IMG/VR virus record: IMGVR_UViG_3300028809_000684
Length of the DNA: 20,000 bases
Origin: an uncultured virus (IMG/VR IMGVR_UViG_3300028809_000684)
Taxonomy: Duplodnaviria; Heunggongvirae; Uroviricota; Caudoviricetes
Direction: 5' to 3' (one strand)
In this document: one piece after another, positions 1-7,347 of the stretch
Position numbering within the stretch: the stretch's first letter is position 1
Layout: every line of letters starts with the position of its first letter
The notes under the pieces: generated by a model
The model's input: the letters and a program-made list of their open reading frames with translations, nothing else
Databases searched by the model: none
Told to the model about the DNA's origin: nothing
Made by a program: the position numbers and the translations under genes

Positions 1-372
1 GCCGCCGGATCGCATGCCCGGCAGATCATTGTTCGCGAAGCGGACCGTTGAGAATGGCCCCTCGACACGTCGGTCCTTGACGTCGACCTTGTCCCAGAAA
101 GCGACCTGGAATCGCGTGGACCTCTCCTGCGGCGATGCGAACGCCGGCGAGGTCAGCTGGTTCACGAGGTGCTCGGCGTGCTGGGCGAGCCAACCGTTGC
201 ACAGTCGGTGAAGCGCGTTCGGAGTTTCCAGCAGCACGGCCTCCATCACTCCGGGTGTGACGTGGTCCCGCATCAGGTGGTAGATGAACGCGACCAGCGG
301 CGGGTACTCCACCTCCAGCCCGCCAGAGGCAGCCACCAGCTTTTCACGGGAATCAGTTCTCGTCAGCGTCAT
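1..372 (-). CDS. Hypothetical phage-type protein, 3'-truncated by window edge (MTLTRTDSREKLVAASGG...LVAFIYHLMRDHVTPGVME...CNGWLAQHAEHLVNQL...)
   Basis: Not in the ORF track; translated by hand. ATG at 372 overlaps the end of the upstream gene and the frame stays open to position 1. The LxxFxYxLMRDH..G..E / NGWLA pattern resembles conserved phage hypotheticals. Confidence 0.7.
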   Translation of the reverse strand, partial: MTLTRTDSREKLVAASGGLEVEYPPLVAFIYHLMRDHVTPGVMEAVLLETPNALHRLCNGWLAQHAEHLVNQLTSPAFASPQERSTRFQVAFWDKVDVKDRRVEGPFSTVRFANNDLPGMRSGG

Positions 373-652
373 CGTCTTCCTCGGTTTCGTCGAGTTCTTC
401 CAGGTCCGCTTCCAGCTCTTGCAACTCCTCCCCGATCTCTTCGGCGTAGTTCTCCTCGACTGAGAACAGCAGCGTATGGATCGAAAACTCACCGTTACGA
501 TGAGCGAGGTGGCACAAGTCGACCATCAGATCCGTGATGGCACTCATGGGATCCGCGGTCAGCACTGAGGGGTGATCCCCGCAGGCTTTCACGAATGTTT
601 CGAGCGCTTCCTGCGCCCAGTCAGCCCGTTGGTCGTTCGTGGGCGTTGTCAT
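353..652 (-). CDS. Hypothetical protein with acidic C-terminal tail (99 aa)
   Basis: ATGA overlap with the upstream gene. Has an N..RA.WA..AL and DL..DL.H pattern, and the tail EELDETEEDDDADEN. Confidence 0.8.
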   Translation of the reverse strand: MTTPTNDQRADWAQEALETFVKACGDHPSVLTADPMSAITDLMVDLCHLAHRNGEFSIHTLLFSVEENYAEEIGEELQELEADLEELDETEEDDDADEN

Positions 653-1095
653 GATGGCTTCTCGGGAGCAGGAATCGGTTCAAGCCGAGTCCGCTCGATG
701 AACTTTTTCGCGGCGGACGCCAACGCGTTCCACTGCTCAGTGCTGACCTGGACTTTCGTCCAACCGTCTGCCCCGGGGTGACTCATACTTTCAGCCAGAA
801 CTCCAGCCACCCGCCGCACGATCTGGATCGCCTGGTGGGCATCGGAAAGATCGTCATACTGCGGTCGGAACTGCTGTACGGCGAGATCGTCTTCCCACCG
901 GTCGTCGAACATCTGCATGATGTCGTACTGCACGGTCCCCATCCGTTCGAACAGTTCTCGCAGGTGGAATGCGAGTCTGGCACGCTCTGAAGCGTAGGTC
1001 GTAGGTGGGGACAGTTCTTTGACGACCTCTCTGATCAGGTCGGCGCCGGCGCAGGCCTCCGCTACCCGAGCCAGCAATTTAGTTGCCAGGGCCAC
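649..1095 (-). CDS. Hypothetical helical protein (148 aa)
   Basis: GTG start preceded by AAAGGAGG; coupled to the downstream gene. Confidence 0.75.
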   Translation of the reverse strand: MALATKLLARVAEACAGADLIREVVKELSPPTTYASERARLAFHLRELFERMGTVQYDIMQMFDDRWEDDLAVQQFRPQYDDLSDAHQAIQIVRRVAGVLAESMSHPGADGWTKVQVSTEQWNALASAAKKFIERTRLEPIPAPEKPS

Positions 1096-1110
1096 GTGGC
1101 CCTCCTTTCA

Positions 1111-1434
1111 TTAGGGTCGGACTGCCGTCTCTCCTGTTTCGCCGGTCCGGATACGGATCGCCTCTTCCAGGTTGCTCACCCAGATGAGTCCGTCTCCAGT
1201 CTTACCGGTCCTGGCCTTTGCGATCGCTGCGACGGCCGCGTCGACCTCGCTGTCCAGGACCACGATGTCGAGCTTCAGCTTCGGCAGGAAGTCGGCGCAA
1301 AAGTCCTTCGGGTTTTGCTTCCGACCGATTCCACGAGCCTCGGTCACCGTCATCGCGTGGATGCCGGCTTCGAGAAGTGCTTGCTGGACATCCGACAGCT
1401 TGTAGTGGCGGATGACCGCTTCGATCTTCTTCAC
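1111..1434 (-). CDS. glnB: P-II family nitrogen regulatory protein (GlnB/GlnK-like), atypical T-loop
   Basis: Motifs MKKIEAVIR, MTVTE.RG.GR, DFLPK, TGKTGDG and RIRTGE are present. GAGGAG RBS precedes the GTG start. Confidence 0.93.
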   Translation of the reverse strand: MKKIEAVIRHYKLSDVQQALLEAGIHAMTVTEARGIGRKQNPKDFCADFLPKLKLDIVVLDSEVDAAVAAIAKARTGKTGDGLIWVSNLEEAIRIRTGETGETAVRP

Positions 1435-1445
1435 GTCGATTCTCC

Positions 1446-1916
1446 TCAGACGACCTTGTGCTGGCGGTACACGACCGCCATGTCGACATGGCGGTCAGAC
1501 TCTGGAAGCCGATATCTGCAGGTCTTCGGTTCCGCGGTGAGGTCATAACCTTCTGAGGTTCCGTGGCGAAGCAACCACTTAATCCGGGCAACGGCCGCGT
1601 TCCGATTTGCACAGCCGGCCTGCATCAGGAACAGAAAGGACGCGAGCTGCCCGTTCAATCCAAGATGCGCGGCCGCTGCATCAAACACTCCACGTTGGCG
1701 GGCGTGGATGTCGTCACCGTGCAGATCAAACAAAATGCACGCGTGCCCAGCAACACACGCAGTTGTCCCGCAGTTGTAGACTGCACCCTTCGTGCCTTTC
1801 TTCGCCTGGAACTTCCGCTCGGCTATCGAGCGCCCGAAGTAGATCTTGTAGTTGAACTTCTCGGGCGGAGATTCCAGCAGGTACTTCATCAACCTTCGCA
1901 AACGACCCTTTCGCAT
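1446..1916 (-). CDS. Hypothetical phage-type protein with CGTTACVAGHA motif (156 aa)
   Basis: GAGGAG RBS. The CGTxACxAG motif followed by A...LGL....A..LF is recurrent in phage hypotheticals. Confidence 0.8.
   Translation of the reverse strand: MRKGRLRRLMKYLLESPPEKFNYKIYFGRSIAERKFQAKKGTKGAVYNCGTTACVAGHACILFDLHGDDIHARQRGVFDAAAAHLGLNGQLASFLFLMQAGCANRNAAVARIKWLLRHGTSEGYDLTAEPKTCRYRLPESDRHVDMAVVYRQHKVV
1473..1496. repeat. Perfect 24-bp palindrome GACCGCCATGTCGACATGGCGGTC
   Basis: Read directly; the sequence is its own reverse complement. It lies about 40 bp upstream of the P-II start. Confidence 0.95.
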
Positions 1917-1918
1917 GA

Positions 1919-2200
1919 TTACTCCTCAGATCGGGTTAGAAGGGATTTGTGGAAGCGAACTTCCTCGTCGGGCAGTGCATCGGGAACGAGATACCCGTGC
2001 TCCCAGACCTTTTTGCCGTGGCTGTCTGCGAACATGACGCCGAAGCAACCTGGCCGGTTGAGTCGATGTCCGGTCAGCGGATTCCAGCCGATGATGATGT
2101 AGTCTCGGTATGCGGAATTGGCGTACGGGGTCCGCGTGTAGGTGAACAGCTCCCCGTTCCGCATCTGCATCAGGATCGGAATTCGCTGGTGTGCGACCAT
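1919..2200 (-). CDS. Hypothetical protein (about 93 aa, start uncertain)
   Basis: C-terminal part of track ORF 1919..2365, trimmed to avoid overlap with the upstream gene. Its end contains the RBS of the next gene. Confidence 0.6.
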   Translation of the reverse strand: MVAHQRIPILMQMRNGELFTYTRTPYANSAYRDYIIIGWNPLTGHRLNRPGCFGVMFADSHGKKVWEHGYLVPDALPDEEVRFHKSLLTRSEE

Positions 2201-2261
2201 CCGTGTGACCGTGAAACTCCTCGCGGAGATCCTCGGGAGCTTGGATAGGGGCGTTGAGTCG

Positions 2262-2453
2262 TCAGCCACTCTTGTCCTCCACGACGAGGGTCTCGTTGCC
2301 TTTCGGCTCGCCCTCATCGACCCAGCCGATGCCGACCCAACGGAGGCGTTTGCCTCCGGCGACAACTACCTGCGGCAGGTCCTTGCTGTTGGTGAACTCC
2401 AGCCGTTTGAGGCGGGAGTATTCGATGGTCTTCCGTGGCTTCTTTTTAGCCAT
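2262..2453 (-). CDS. Small hypothetical protein (63 aa, RWVGIGWVDEG motif)
   Basis: GGAG RBS; overlaps the stop of the upstream gene. Confidence 0.7.
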   Translation of the reverse strand: MAKKKPRKTIEYSRLKRLEFTNSKDLPQVVVAGGKRLRWVGIGWVDEGEPKGNETLVVEDKSG

Positions 2454-2835
2454 CACAATCTCCCGGGTTGAACTGGTTGAGCGGGATCATCGGATAGTGC
2501 GTGACCCCGAGAGCCTTCAGAGCGTAGAGGCGATGGTAGCCGTCTCGCAGCAGGCCACGCAGGCAGTCGATGATCAGCGGCGGGAACTGGCAGCCACGAG
2601 CCATCGCAACCACGTACTCCGCAGCTTTCTTGTAGTCCTCACTGGACCAGCAGGCGCCGCTGCTGCGGTCGTCGTTGCACAGATCGTCCCACTCGTCCCA
2701 GTGGTCTGAGATGGGGCGGAGCCACACCTGAATGACCTGGTCAGGCCGAAATCCTCGTCTGACCAGGTCGGTGAGCAGCACCTGCATGTCAGCCGGCAGG
2801 CTGTCGAAGCGAATCCGGAATGGCGGACCGCCCAC
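2446..2835 (-). CDS. ParB/Sulfiredoxin-like N-terminal domain protein (stand-alone)
   Basis: FPPLIID...LLRDGYHRLYALKALG matches the ParB/Srx catalytic motif (P.I......l.DG.HR..A...LG). No HTH follows. Confidence 0.75.
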   Translation of the reverse strand: MGGPPFRIRFDSLPADMQVLLTDLVRRGFRPDQVIQVWLRPISDHWDEWDDLCNDDRSSGACWSSEDYKKAAEYVVAMARGCQFPPLIIDCLRGLLRDGYHRLYALKALGVTHYPMIPLNQFNPGDCDG

Positions 2836-2836
2836 G

Positions 2837-3487
2837 TCAGTTCTGCGGCGTGAACGAGTCGGGATCGGCATCGAACGCCTTCTTGTCCACGATGTCGCCG
2901 TGTGGTGTTCGAACGAGGTTCATGGCAGCCAACTCGGCATCTGAGAGGTGAGGCGCCTGGGCTGGAACGATGTCCTCCGGCCGAGCCGGCATCTGGGGAT
3001 TGTCCGGCAGCCCCACCGCCCGTAGCTGATCGTTGGACGGGTCCACGTAGTCGCGATAGTACCACGTGAAGGTGAGGCGGATTGCTCCAGCCTCCTGTCG
3101 CTCTGCCTCGATCGTAGGCATGGTCAAGAATCGCTGACCGTCCGAGATCAGGTTCTCGCGGATGAAGTCGCCGACCGCCGTCTCCATCGCCAGTTCGACC
3201 GAGTTGGAAAGAAGCACTGCGGTGTAGAAGGCCACCCGCTTCTTGATGTTTCCTGGGGCGCTGCTGGTCGCCATGACGATCGGCATGACGCTGTGGACCC
3301 TCGGGTACGGCGCACCGTTGACGTACTTGGTGACGAACCAGAAGTGCTCGACGGGCTGCTTGGTCCCGACTGGCTCCAGCATGAGCTTTCCAAGCTGCTC
3401 CATCAGGAGCTTCATGGCGAACTGCAGCAGGATGATACCGCCCATTCTCGACTGGGCCTCGTCGATTCCGAATCTCGTAGTGGTCAT
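2837..3487 (-). CDS. Hypothetical protein (about 216 aa)
   Basis: Long ORF with GC3-biased codons; ATG lies just downstream of the recurrent upstream element. Confidence 0.75.
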   Translation of the reverse strand: MTTTRFGIDEAQSRMGGIILLQFAMKLLMEQLGKLMLEPVGTKQPVEHFWFVTKYVNGAPYPRVHSVMPIVMATSSAPGNIKKRVAFYTAVLLSNSVELAMETAVGDFIRENLISDGQRFLTMPTIEAERQEAGAIRLTFTWYYRDYVDPSNDQLRAVGLPDNPQMPARPEDIVPAQAPHLSDAELAAMNLVRTPHGDIVDKKAFDADPDSFTPQN

Positions 3488-3491
3488 TGTG

Positions 3492-3512
3492 TTCAATGCG
3501 CGGGTATTGGAA
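3492..3512 (-). promoter_or_regulatory. Recurrent upstream element, copy 1 (TTCCAATACCCGCGCATTGAA on minus strand)
   Basis: Near-identical to 11097-11116 and 16146-16165; intergenic and directly before an ATG. Confidence 0.6.
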
Positions 3513-3535
3513 TTGGGGATCGGGAATTGGGAATT

Positions 3536-4006
3536 TCAGCCAGTGTGGTCCGGATGCGGGTAGGCCGCGATCGACTCCAGCTGCTGCGGCGTCGGCACAG
3601 GGCGGAATCGCCAGCCCCACGAGAAGCCCAGATCCATCGTTTCTGGGCTGGCCCGGGTCACGCGGATCCGCGGCAGGCAGGCCAGACCCACAAGGCCGCT
3701 CTTCTCGCCAGGGTCGCCGGCCAGTGTGAAGCGCTTGTAGATCTCACGCAGGGCGAGGTAAGTCTGATCCGGCTGACCGACAGCGGCCGACTGCGAGAGG
3801 TAGCCGTGCTGCAGATCACTGGGTTCCCCGGTAATCGCCAGCACCTGCGGAGTGACCAGGTAGATGCGTGGGCAAGGCTCAATCGAGCTCGCCAGCAGGA
3901 AGTACAGCGCCGTCAGATCCTTGGATTGATCCAGGTCGACGCCGGCTGCGTTGCGATGGAGGCGAACAGCCTCCTTGTGGAGCATTTCGTACTGCTCATC
4001 CGTCAC
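3536..4006 (-). CDS. Hypothetical protein (about 156 aa)
   Basis: GAGGAG RBS before the GTG at 4006, within track ORF 3536..4135. Confidence 0.7.
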   Translation of the reverse strand: MTDEQYEMLHKEAVRLHRNAAGVDLDQSKDLTALYFLLASSIEPCPRIYLVTPQVLAITGEPSDLQHGYLSQSAAVGQPDQTYLALREIYKRFTLAGDPGEKSGLVGLACLPRIRVTRASPETMDLGFSWGWRFRPVPTPQQLESIAAYPHPDHTG

Positions 4007-4013
4007 GGGATTC

Positions 4014-4028
4014 TCCTCGGGTATTGGA
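4014..4028 (-). promoter_or_regulatory. Recurrent upstream element, half-site fused to RBS (TCCAATACCCGAGGA)
   Basis: 14/15 identical to 6167-6181 and shares CAATACCCG with the other copies. Confidence 0.5.
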
Positions 4029-4043
4029 GTTGGTAAGTCGGAT

Positions 4044-4223
4044 CTACCAGTTTCCACCGGCAGTGCTGGCGTCGCCGAAGGAGCAGGGACCGCACATGCC
4101 CGTTGCAGGAAGCGTCGGCACACTTCCACAGACACTGCACGGTTTTGACCAGTCTGGCTTCGTCATCTCGGGCGAGAGGACTTCCGGCTCTGGCTCGTCA
4201 TTAGCATTTTCAGTATCAGACAC
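4044..4223 (-). CDS. Small Zn-finger protein (59 aa; ...PDWSKPCSVCGSVPTLPATGMCGPCSFGDASTAGGNW)
   Basis: Below the ORF-track cutoff; translated by hand. GTG at 4223, TAG at 4044-4046, two CxxC pairs, and it fills the gap between neighbours. Confidence 0.75.
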   Translation of the reverse strand: MSDTENANDEPEPEVLSPEMTKPDWSKPCSVCGSVPTLPATGMCGPCSFGDASTAGGNW

Positions 4224-4226
4224 TAC

Positions 4227-5015
4227 TCAGACCTCAGCTTCGAGAAACAGGGCGACGGCTGCCTCCTGCGCAGGCGTGATGCGCGGCACAAACCGACAGC
4301 ACCAGCACATCGAAAACTCGACTTCCAACTCATTGAACCGATTGGCCCACAGATGCGGCGTAGTCGTGAGGCTGACGAGGTCGCCATCGCCTGGATTCGT
4401 AAAAGTGAGGTAGCGAGCGTAGAGCTGGTCTACCGTCGATACGAATCGAGCAGCACTTCCGGCATCGAGCCCAATCGTAAACAGGAGCTGACCGAACTTG
4501 ATGTCGGCGGGCGGGCCAAACATGGCGATAACTTCGGCACCAGCCAGTACGGTGTTCGGCTGCTCCGCCGCGCCGTGAAAGTAGAAGTACGCAGTTTGAA
4601 CCCGCCGCTTTTCGCCGATCGGGAACGCCTTGACCTTGCCAAGGAGTTCCTCGGCGTCTGCGAGCGGCGTGAAAGTCGTATGACGGGATGCGTTTGACAC
4701 GCCAAACTTGTCCTTTCTGTTGAGATCTCGGAGGAAGGCCTGAACGTGGTAGGCCCCGCTCTGAGCGCTAGCCGCAAAGGCATCGACCGGTAGACCGTAG
4801 ATGTGCTGCCGCAGCCGCACAGCAACGAGACCCCGGCACTTTTCGATGAAGCTCTTCTGCAATGGGCCTTCGCTGTGCTGTCCGGCGCGGGCCAAAACGT
4901 CCTCCGCCAGGCCGGCGTCGAACATGGGGAGATCGCCTGCCATCTTACGGAGTTCGTAGTGCGGGCAGTTGCTGAAGATGTTTGGCAGCTTCGGTATGTC
5001 AGTTGGTCTTTTCAC
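4227..5015 (-). CDS. Hypothetical protein (262 aa)
   Basis: Long minus-strand ORF that tiles with its neighbours; no family recognised. Confidence 0.75.
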   Translation of the reverse strand: MKRPTDIPKLPNIFSNCPHYELRKMAGDLPMFDAGLAEDVLARAGQHSEGPLQKSFIEKCRGLVAVRLRQHIYGLPVDAFAASAQSGAYHVQAFLRDLNRKDKFGVSNASRHTTFTPLADAEELLGKVKAFPIGEKRRVQTAYFYFHGAAEQPNTVLAGAEVIAMFGPPADIKFGQLLFTIGLDAGSAARFVSTVDQLYARYLTFTNPGDGDLVSLTTTPHLWANRFNELEVEFSMCWCCRFVPRITPAQEAAVALFLEAEV

Positions 5016-5024
5016 AGCGTCTTT

Positions 5025-5192
5025 TCAACTCCAGATACCGATGGCAAAGAGAGCGAAGAAGAACAGCAGCACCCACTCGTACCAGCTCCAGCCCCACCGC
5101 TCCCGGTCGCAGTGCAGGCAGACGTAGCGAAGCGGAACGGGAAAGCGAGCCGGGCAGTGCGGGTTGTTTCGGTTGCAGCGTTTGCAGTGCAT
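5025..5192 (-). CDS. Small Cys-rich protein with C-terminal transmembrane segment (about 55 aa)
   Basis: CKRC...CLHC followed by hydrophobic WVLLFFFALFAIGIW. Confidence 0.6.
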   Translation of the reverse strand: MHCKRCNRNNPHCPARFPVPLRYVCLHCDRERWGWSWYEWVLLFFFALFAIGIWS

Positions 5193-5205
5193 CAGGTTTC
5201 CTGGG

Positions 5206-5649
5206 TCAGTAGTCGCCGGCAACACGGTACGGGAAGACGTGCGACTTGACCGTCTTCAAGACATTCGGCTGCATCTCGATCCACTCGATGTGCCAGCGCC
5301 GCTCGGGCGCCGCATCTGGATCGTCGGTGTGCTCCTCGAATTCCACGATCCGGATCGACTGAGTGGAGTTAGTGACCGATTTGATCACCTGCCGTCTGAG
5401 GTACGGATACGGCTCCTCGCCGGTGTCGCGCTGTGTTGTTCCGAAGATCGCACCGCGCAGAACCGGCAGAGCCCGTCCTAATTCCGCGTGATCCCACAGA
5501 GCTTTCAACGCTTTGTCGATATCCGCCGTCCCTCGACGCGACTGGCGAACTCCGACAGCCGCGACCAGCCAAGCCACAATCTCCAGACCCTTGGCCGCTT
5601 CTTCCATCCGTTGTCTATGCGCCGGGTTCGTTTCTTCGGTTGCGCTCAT
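5206..5649 (-). CDS. Hypothetical protein, paralog of 5646..6158
   Basis: Shared blocks LWDHAELGRALPVLRGAIFG, SVTNST, WHIE and FPY. Confidence 0.8.
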   Translation of the reverse strand: MSATEETNPAHRQRMEEAAKGLEIVAWLVAAVGVRQSRRGTADIDKALKALWDHAELGRALPVLRGAIFGTTQRDTGEEPYPYLRRQVIKSVTNSTQSIRIVEFEEHTDDPDAAPERRWHIEWIEMQPNVLKTVKSHVFPYRVAGDY

Positions 5650-6158
5650 GATCCGGTGACTTCCTTTCTGAGACGCTTGTAAGGGAATGCGTAGGCGGAC
5701 ACGACACGCAGATCCTCGTCGCGATCGACCACGCTCTCAATCCGCCATTCTTTGTGCTTGAAGACCTGGCCCAGAATCACCGTCTCGACCTGCCGCATGC
5801 GAAGGGTCTTGGTCGAGTTCACCACGGAGGTATTGTCCGCGTACCAGAGGATCGGAGACTCCGTTTGGCCGGCCAGCAGGAGTTCTGGAATCTCGTAAAC
5901 CCCGAAGATCGGCCCTATGAGCACAGGGAGTGCCAGCCCCTCAGAGGCGTGTTCCCAGAGCCGGTTCAGCCATTTGTCCACATCCGCATCCGCCCACGAG
6001 CTATTCAGCTGCTTGACAAACAGGCCACCCAGCAAAGCTCTGACGTATCCCAGCGCAAGGCGGGCGTCCTCTGTTTCTTTGCTCGTCTGCTCGCTGGGCG
6101 CCGGTTTCCGCGGCTCCCGATCAAACGCGGAACCGGCACTTCCTGGTCCGTCACCCAT
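5646..6158 (-). CDS. Hypothetical protein, paralog of 5206..5649
   Basis: Shared blocks LWEHASEGLALPVLIGPIFG, SVVNST, WRIE and FPY; GAGGA RBS; ATGA overlap. Confidence 0.8.
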   Translation of the reverse strand: MGDGPGSAGSAFDREPRKPAPSEQTSKETEDARLALGYVRALLGGLFVKQLNSSWADADVDKWLNRLWEHASEGLALPVLIGPIFGVYEIPELLLAGQTESPILWYADNTSVVNSTKTLRMRQVETVILGQVFKHKEWRIESVVDRDEDLRVVSAYAFPYKRLRKEVTGS

Positions 6159-6166
6159 GTTCGTTG

Positions 6167-6181
6167 TCCTCGTGTATTGGA
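6167..6181 (-). promoter_or_regulatory. Recurrent upstream element, half-site fused to RBS (TCCAATACACGAGGA)
   Basis: 14/15 identical to 4014-4028; lies between a terminator-like hairpin and the next ATG. Confidence 0.5.
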
Positions 6182-6197
6182 ATCAGCCCTGGCCCGG

Positions 6198-6237
6198 AAA
6201 AGGTGAATGAGTGTCGGGGTTGCCTGACTCATTCACC
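6198..6237 (-). terminator. Probable intrinsic terminator
   Basis: 11-bp perfect stem GGTGAATGAGT/ACTCATTCACC (6202-6212, 6227-6237) followed by TTTT on the minus strand. Confidence 0.7.
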
Positions 6238-6302
6238 CTCCCCGCGCCATTTTGCATCACTCTCCCACGCTCCGCCCAGAGGGGCGCAATCGCACGGGAT
6301 GG

Positions 6303-6470
6303 TCAAATTCGGCGTTTCACACTACGCCAGCGAACAAGGGCCGCATCGTGCTCCCGTGACCAGAAGTAGGCAATAATCCACGCCAGCATCAGAAACCGTG
6401 TTTTGCACGTCTTCTGTGGATACGGGCAGATATCGCCGTACCACGTGTGTTTGCTCACCTCGTAGTACAC
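6303..6470 (-). CDS. Small hypothetical protein (about 55 aa)
   Basis: AGGAAGGAG RBS before GTG; part of track ORF 6303..6503. Confidence 0.5.
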   Translation of the reverse strand: MYYEVSKHTWYGDICPYPQKTCKTRFLMLAWIIAYFWSREHDAALVRWRSVKRRI

Positions 6471-6493
6471 ATTCACTCCTTCCTGCGTTGTCT

Positions 6494-6601
6494 TCAGACG
6501 CATCCCTGGTTTCGCATTTCTCTCTCAGGAGTTCTTTCGCCCGTAATCCGCCTGATCTCTCGTTGTTGGCGGGCTTCACGTTCCAATTCTCCCCACGTCA
6601 C
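6494..6601 (-). CDS. Possible 35-aa peptide (MTWGELEREARQQREIRRITGERTPEREMRNQGCV)
   Basis: Strong GGAGGTG RBS before the GTG at 6601; translated by hand. Confidence 0.4.
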   Translation of the reverse strand: MTWGELEREARQQREIRRITGERTPEREMRNQGCV

Positions 6602-6617
6602 TTCGCATCACCTCCTC

Positions 6618-7271
6618 TCACGGCCCCAGCAATCTCTCCAGGGCTTGTAGATCCGCAATCGCGTTCTGGCATTCCGTATCGTTCGAGTCTTCCTCCATGA
6701 CCGCGTACTGCTCTGTTTCCAGCGCAGCAATCTCATCCTTGATCGTGTTCACTGCAGCATTCTTCTGCGCAATGAGGGCGTCAATGCGTGTCAGCTTCTC
6801 TTTTCGCACTTGGGCTCGGCTCGCAATCGTCTCCAATCGGGCGAGTTTCTCCGACAGGGACAGCTTTGGTGGCTCAGGCTCTGGGGTAGCTGCCTCCAGC
6901 GTCTCTGGTTCCTCGTTCGGTGGCAGAAGTTTGTCGTCGTACCGCTCGAAGTGCATGTGGATGTCTCGGGCGTCCCATTCCTTGAAGTCCCCGATGATCA
7001 GGGCTTCATAGATTCCGCCGTTGTCCATTCCATCCGGCCTGAGCAGGACAATGATGGCGTTTCGTTGGTACGGGCGCAGCCTCACTTCCCCTGGTGGGAG
7101 GCCCGACTTCACTCGCCGCGAGATCCGCACCGAATAAGAGCCTGGCGGAGCATCCCGCTCCTGGAGAAAGTCCAGAACCTGCTCCCGGTAGGGATTCCAG
7201 TTCTTCAGAATGAGGTTCCCGGTCTCGAACTTAGAGATCCGGTGCTGGCTTTGGGCCTTGGTGACGTTCAT
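6618..7271 (-). CDS. Hypothetical protein with C-terminal coiled coil (about 217 aa)
   Basis: GGGAGG RBS before ATG 7271; heptad-like C-terminus (LTRIDALIAQKNAAVNTIKDEIAALE). Confidence 0.8.
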   Translation of the reverse strand: MNVTKAQSQHRISKFETGNLILKNWNPYREQVLDFLQERDAPPGSYSVRISRRVKSGLPPGEVRLRPYQRNAIIVLLRPDGMDNGGIYEALIIGDFKEWDARDIHMHFERYDDKLLPPNEEPETLEAATPEPEPPKLSLSEKLARLETIASRAQVRKEKLTRIDALIAQKNAAVNTIKDEIAALETEQYAVMEEDSNDTECQNAIADLQALERLLGP

Positions 7272-7347
7272 AGAGCCTCCCGTGGGTAGAAGTGAGCATC
7301 CAAGGCCGGAGCTCTCTGGCAGGCTCCGGCGCGGGGCGCCCACTCCC

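Noticed and set aside
2574..3620. 348-aa minus-strand ORF
   Set aside because: It is an alternative frame overlapping three better genes, with the Arg/Ala/Gly-rich composition typical of off-frame translation.
7305..7330. 8-bp intergenic hairpin GCCGGAGC/GCTCCGGC as a terminator
   Set aside because: It has no adjacent U-tract, and short GC stems are common at this GC content.
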